Shown: one piece after another, positions 61,589-64,000 of the stretch
How positions within the stretch are numbered: the first letter of the stretch is position 1
Layout: the number at the start of each line of letters is the position of its first letter
DNA from: Dipteris shenzhenensis
Taxonomy: Eukaryota
Direction: 5' to 3' (one strand)
Assembly (NCBI GenBank): GCA_047967505.1
Contig: CM106538.1
DNA: 64,000 bases
Notes under the pieces: generated by a model
Database searches by the model: none
Told to the model about the DNA's origin: nothing
The model's input: only the letters and a program-made list of their open reading frames with translations
Program-made: the position numbers and the translations under genes

Positions 61589-64000
61589 ATTGAATTCATT
61601 GAATGGTCCTAAGAGTATGTTAAAAATGAGGATGAGATCAACAGAGGATTATTCAATATTTAAATTTGATTGTGATATGGCCAAGGATGCAACGACCAAT
61701 CATGGATGCTTGGTTACAAACAAATGTGAGGAGAAGAAGTGCATAAATATAGATAACAACGTGCACGAGGAACGAAAACGGTCATACATATGCATGAAGA
61801 GAAAGCAAATCCAGGCAGATCCACAAAAGCAACCAAAGAGGAAGAGAGTAATGAAGGAGGAGAACATGTTAAATGCATTGGGATATCTATGTTGCAAGTG
61901 AAGATGTATGCGCTTCATTGATCTTGCAGACATCAGGGAATGTAGAGGACACGTGTGGCAAAGAAGAGGAAGCGAAAGAAATGAATACCTTCTCACAAGT
62001 CTCTCTTGCTTTCTTCAGAATGGCAATAAAAGGCTGAGTTCAAGACAAAAGGTAAAACCTCTCGTAAATGGAAAAAATATTTGCAATAAGGCATATCGCA
62101 ATATTGCTAGATTATCCCATGGTACATATTGGGATTTAGTCACCAAGGCAAAGGGCGGCAACAAATTTAGCATTCACGGTAATAGAGGAAGGTCCAAATC
62201 AAGAATCTCAACTATCAGGGCAGCAACAATTTTGCAAGACTTCATACATGAAAATGCTTTACTCAACCCCATATATCTACCAAACTCCCTAACGGTGACG
62301 CGATCACTGAAATGCACCTTCCAATGGGCTTGACAAAGCTCAAAGTATTTGACTCTATTGTAGAAAAGCAAAGGCAAAGAGGGGATGCTGTAGCTTCTTC
62401 TCATACTTTGTATACTCTTTGGAAGAAGAACTTTGGATATGTTAAAATCCCAAAGAGGCAAAAAATGTCAAAGTGCAATGTCTGTGATGATTTAAAGCAA
62501 GCGATTGAGAGTGCAACATGTCCAAATCAAAGGGAATTATACAAAAAAAACCGAAAATCTCATCATGACCTTATTCGACATTCTAGACAAAAATATGCAT
62601 TTTGGAAGGAGCAAGCTATTTCGCATCCCGATGAATACATGTGCCTTATTCTAGATGGCATGGATCAGAATACAACAACATTGCCTCATTTTGTTGCCAC
62701 TCCACCTAAATTACAAGGAAAGCACTTTCTAAAGACACATCTATGTGGAGTGTTAGTGCATGGAATTAAGTTCTTTGCAGATATATGGATTGATTCCTTG
62801 CATCTACATGATAGCAATCAAGTTGTAACATCTATTATGAAGGCAATTCGCAGTGTACATGCAGAAAAAGGTCGCCTACCACCGACTTTGAGAATACAAG
62901 TTGATAATTGCTGGAGAGAAAATAAGAATGTTCTCATGTTTGCATTTTGCTCCATGCTAGTTGCTCATCGAATCTTCAATGAGGTCGAATGTGGATTTTT
63001 GTATGTTGGGCATATACATGAGGATATCAATAAGGTTTTTAGCACAGTCTCAAGAGAGCTTAAATGCAAGGATGTGGAGACAATAGATGACTTGGTCAGA
63101 AGATGTGGCAGGCAAGTTGGTGGTCGTAAGGAAAGTACAGTATGTGAGAGGCTCGAAAGAATGTATGATTGGAAGAGCTTCATTCTACCTTTCATACAAA
63201 CGGGTGGTGATGCATTGACAGGTCATATCAATCCACACTACTTTAGTTTTTTTTTTTAAGATGAAAAACCTGTAATGCAATGGCAACAATATTCTCATGA
63301 TACAAAATGGGAACCTGAAGAACCTTACAGTCTCTTAACTTCAATTCCCAGCAAGGAAAGGTATCCAACATGGGCTCCTATACAAGAATTCAATGAGAGG
63401 TCTAACTGTGAAATAGAAGGACTAAAAGCATTTATTACATACAAAGAGGAAATGCTCCGGAGATATCCTGATTCAAAGCCTACTTGGAGAGAATGCACTA
63501 CCACTGTAATTAACAAGACACGAAATTTAATAAAGGACCTTGAGAGAATGTGAGGCTCAAAGGATGTCAAGGAAGAATGCAATATGTTTTGGCCAAATGT
63601 TCATAACGATTTGTGCCCAGCTCCAGTCTTTGAAAATGAATTTGTATCATTACTCCCACATCCATATTGTGGACCAAAGAAGAGAGAGTTTATGCCACAA
63701 GTAGATATAGAGGTCGATTGTTTTGTTGTGGTTCGGCCATCGGATGATGAATATGAGAATGTGAAGTTTTGGGTTGAAAAAGTAATTGATGTACAAAGAG
63801 ATGACCAAGGGAGAGCTACAACATTTACAGCAGTATGGTATGAGCCAAAGGGCAGGAAGGAGAATATGGATAACAACACATTGTATACTAATTGTATAAT
63901 GAAGGAGTGGGTCCCAAATGATGAAGCGGTCTCGCAAGTTTTGACGGAGACAATCATAGTGTCTTGGCATTCAAGGGCAAAGAAATCAAAGAAGCGCATG
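61589..64000 (+). pseudogene. Second Sola1/DUF7869-like transposase, 5'-truncated, with stops and frameshifts, runs off the window
   Basis: KCNVCD, LILDGMDQ, IQVDNCWRENKN, GHIHEDINKVFS; colinear with ~52210-54377. Confidence 0.75.

Overview
Repeat-dense land-plant DNA (TTTAGGG repeats, GT-AG introns) with no recognisable intact host gene. Positions 1-33.5 kb are a nest of five partial copies of one CACTA/EnSpm family. Its TnpA-like and TnpD-like genes are arranged head-to-head, its ends are asymmetric (CACTACAAGG / CACTACTACA), and it carries GTCGCTATATAGCGAC palindrome arrays. The nest also holds an internally deleted Copia element with a 5-bp TSD and two copies of a ~250-bp MITE with 8-bp TSDs. 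The most unusual content is a repeated module that looks like a large cargo-carrying DNA transposon. A Sola1/DUF7869-like DDD transposase gene (two decayed copies, 51.0-54.4 kb and 61.6-64 kb) lies divergently from a large spliced gene (two decayed copies, 20.1-33.7 kb and 38.0-43.9 kb). By manual motif reading, that gene fuses a ParB/Srx-like domain, a degenerate N6/N4 DNA-methyltransferase-like fold and tandem Ulp1/C48-like protease domains. Between the two genes lie a pyrimidine tract studded with 16-bp palindromes, a TATA/telo-box/CCAAT promoter and a tandem array: ~1.1 kb of telomeric repeat in one unit, and a ~182-bp satellite with a 546-bp higher-order repeat in the other. One cargo-gene copy is split by a CACTA insertion with an apparent 2-bp TSD and by a ~7.8-kb inversion, both reconstructable from the sequence. 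A 100-N gap at 54378-54477 makes adjacency across it uncertain. All domain calls come from manual motif reading, not database searches.
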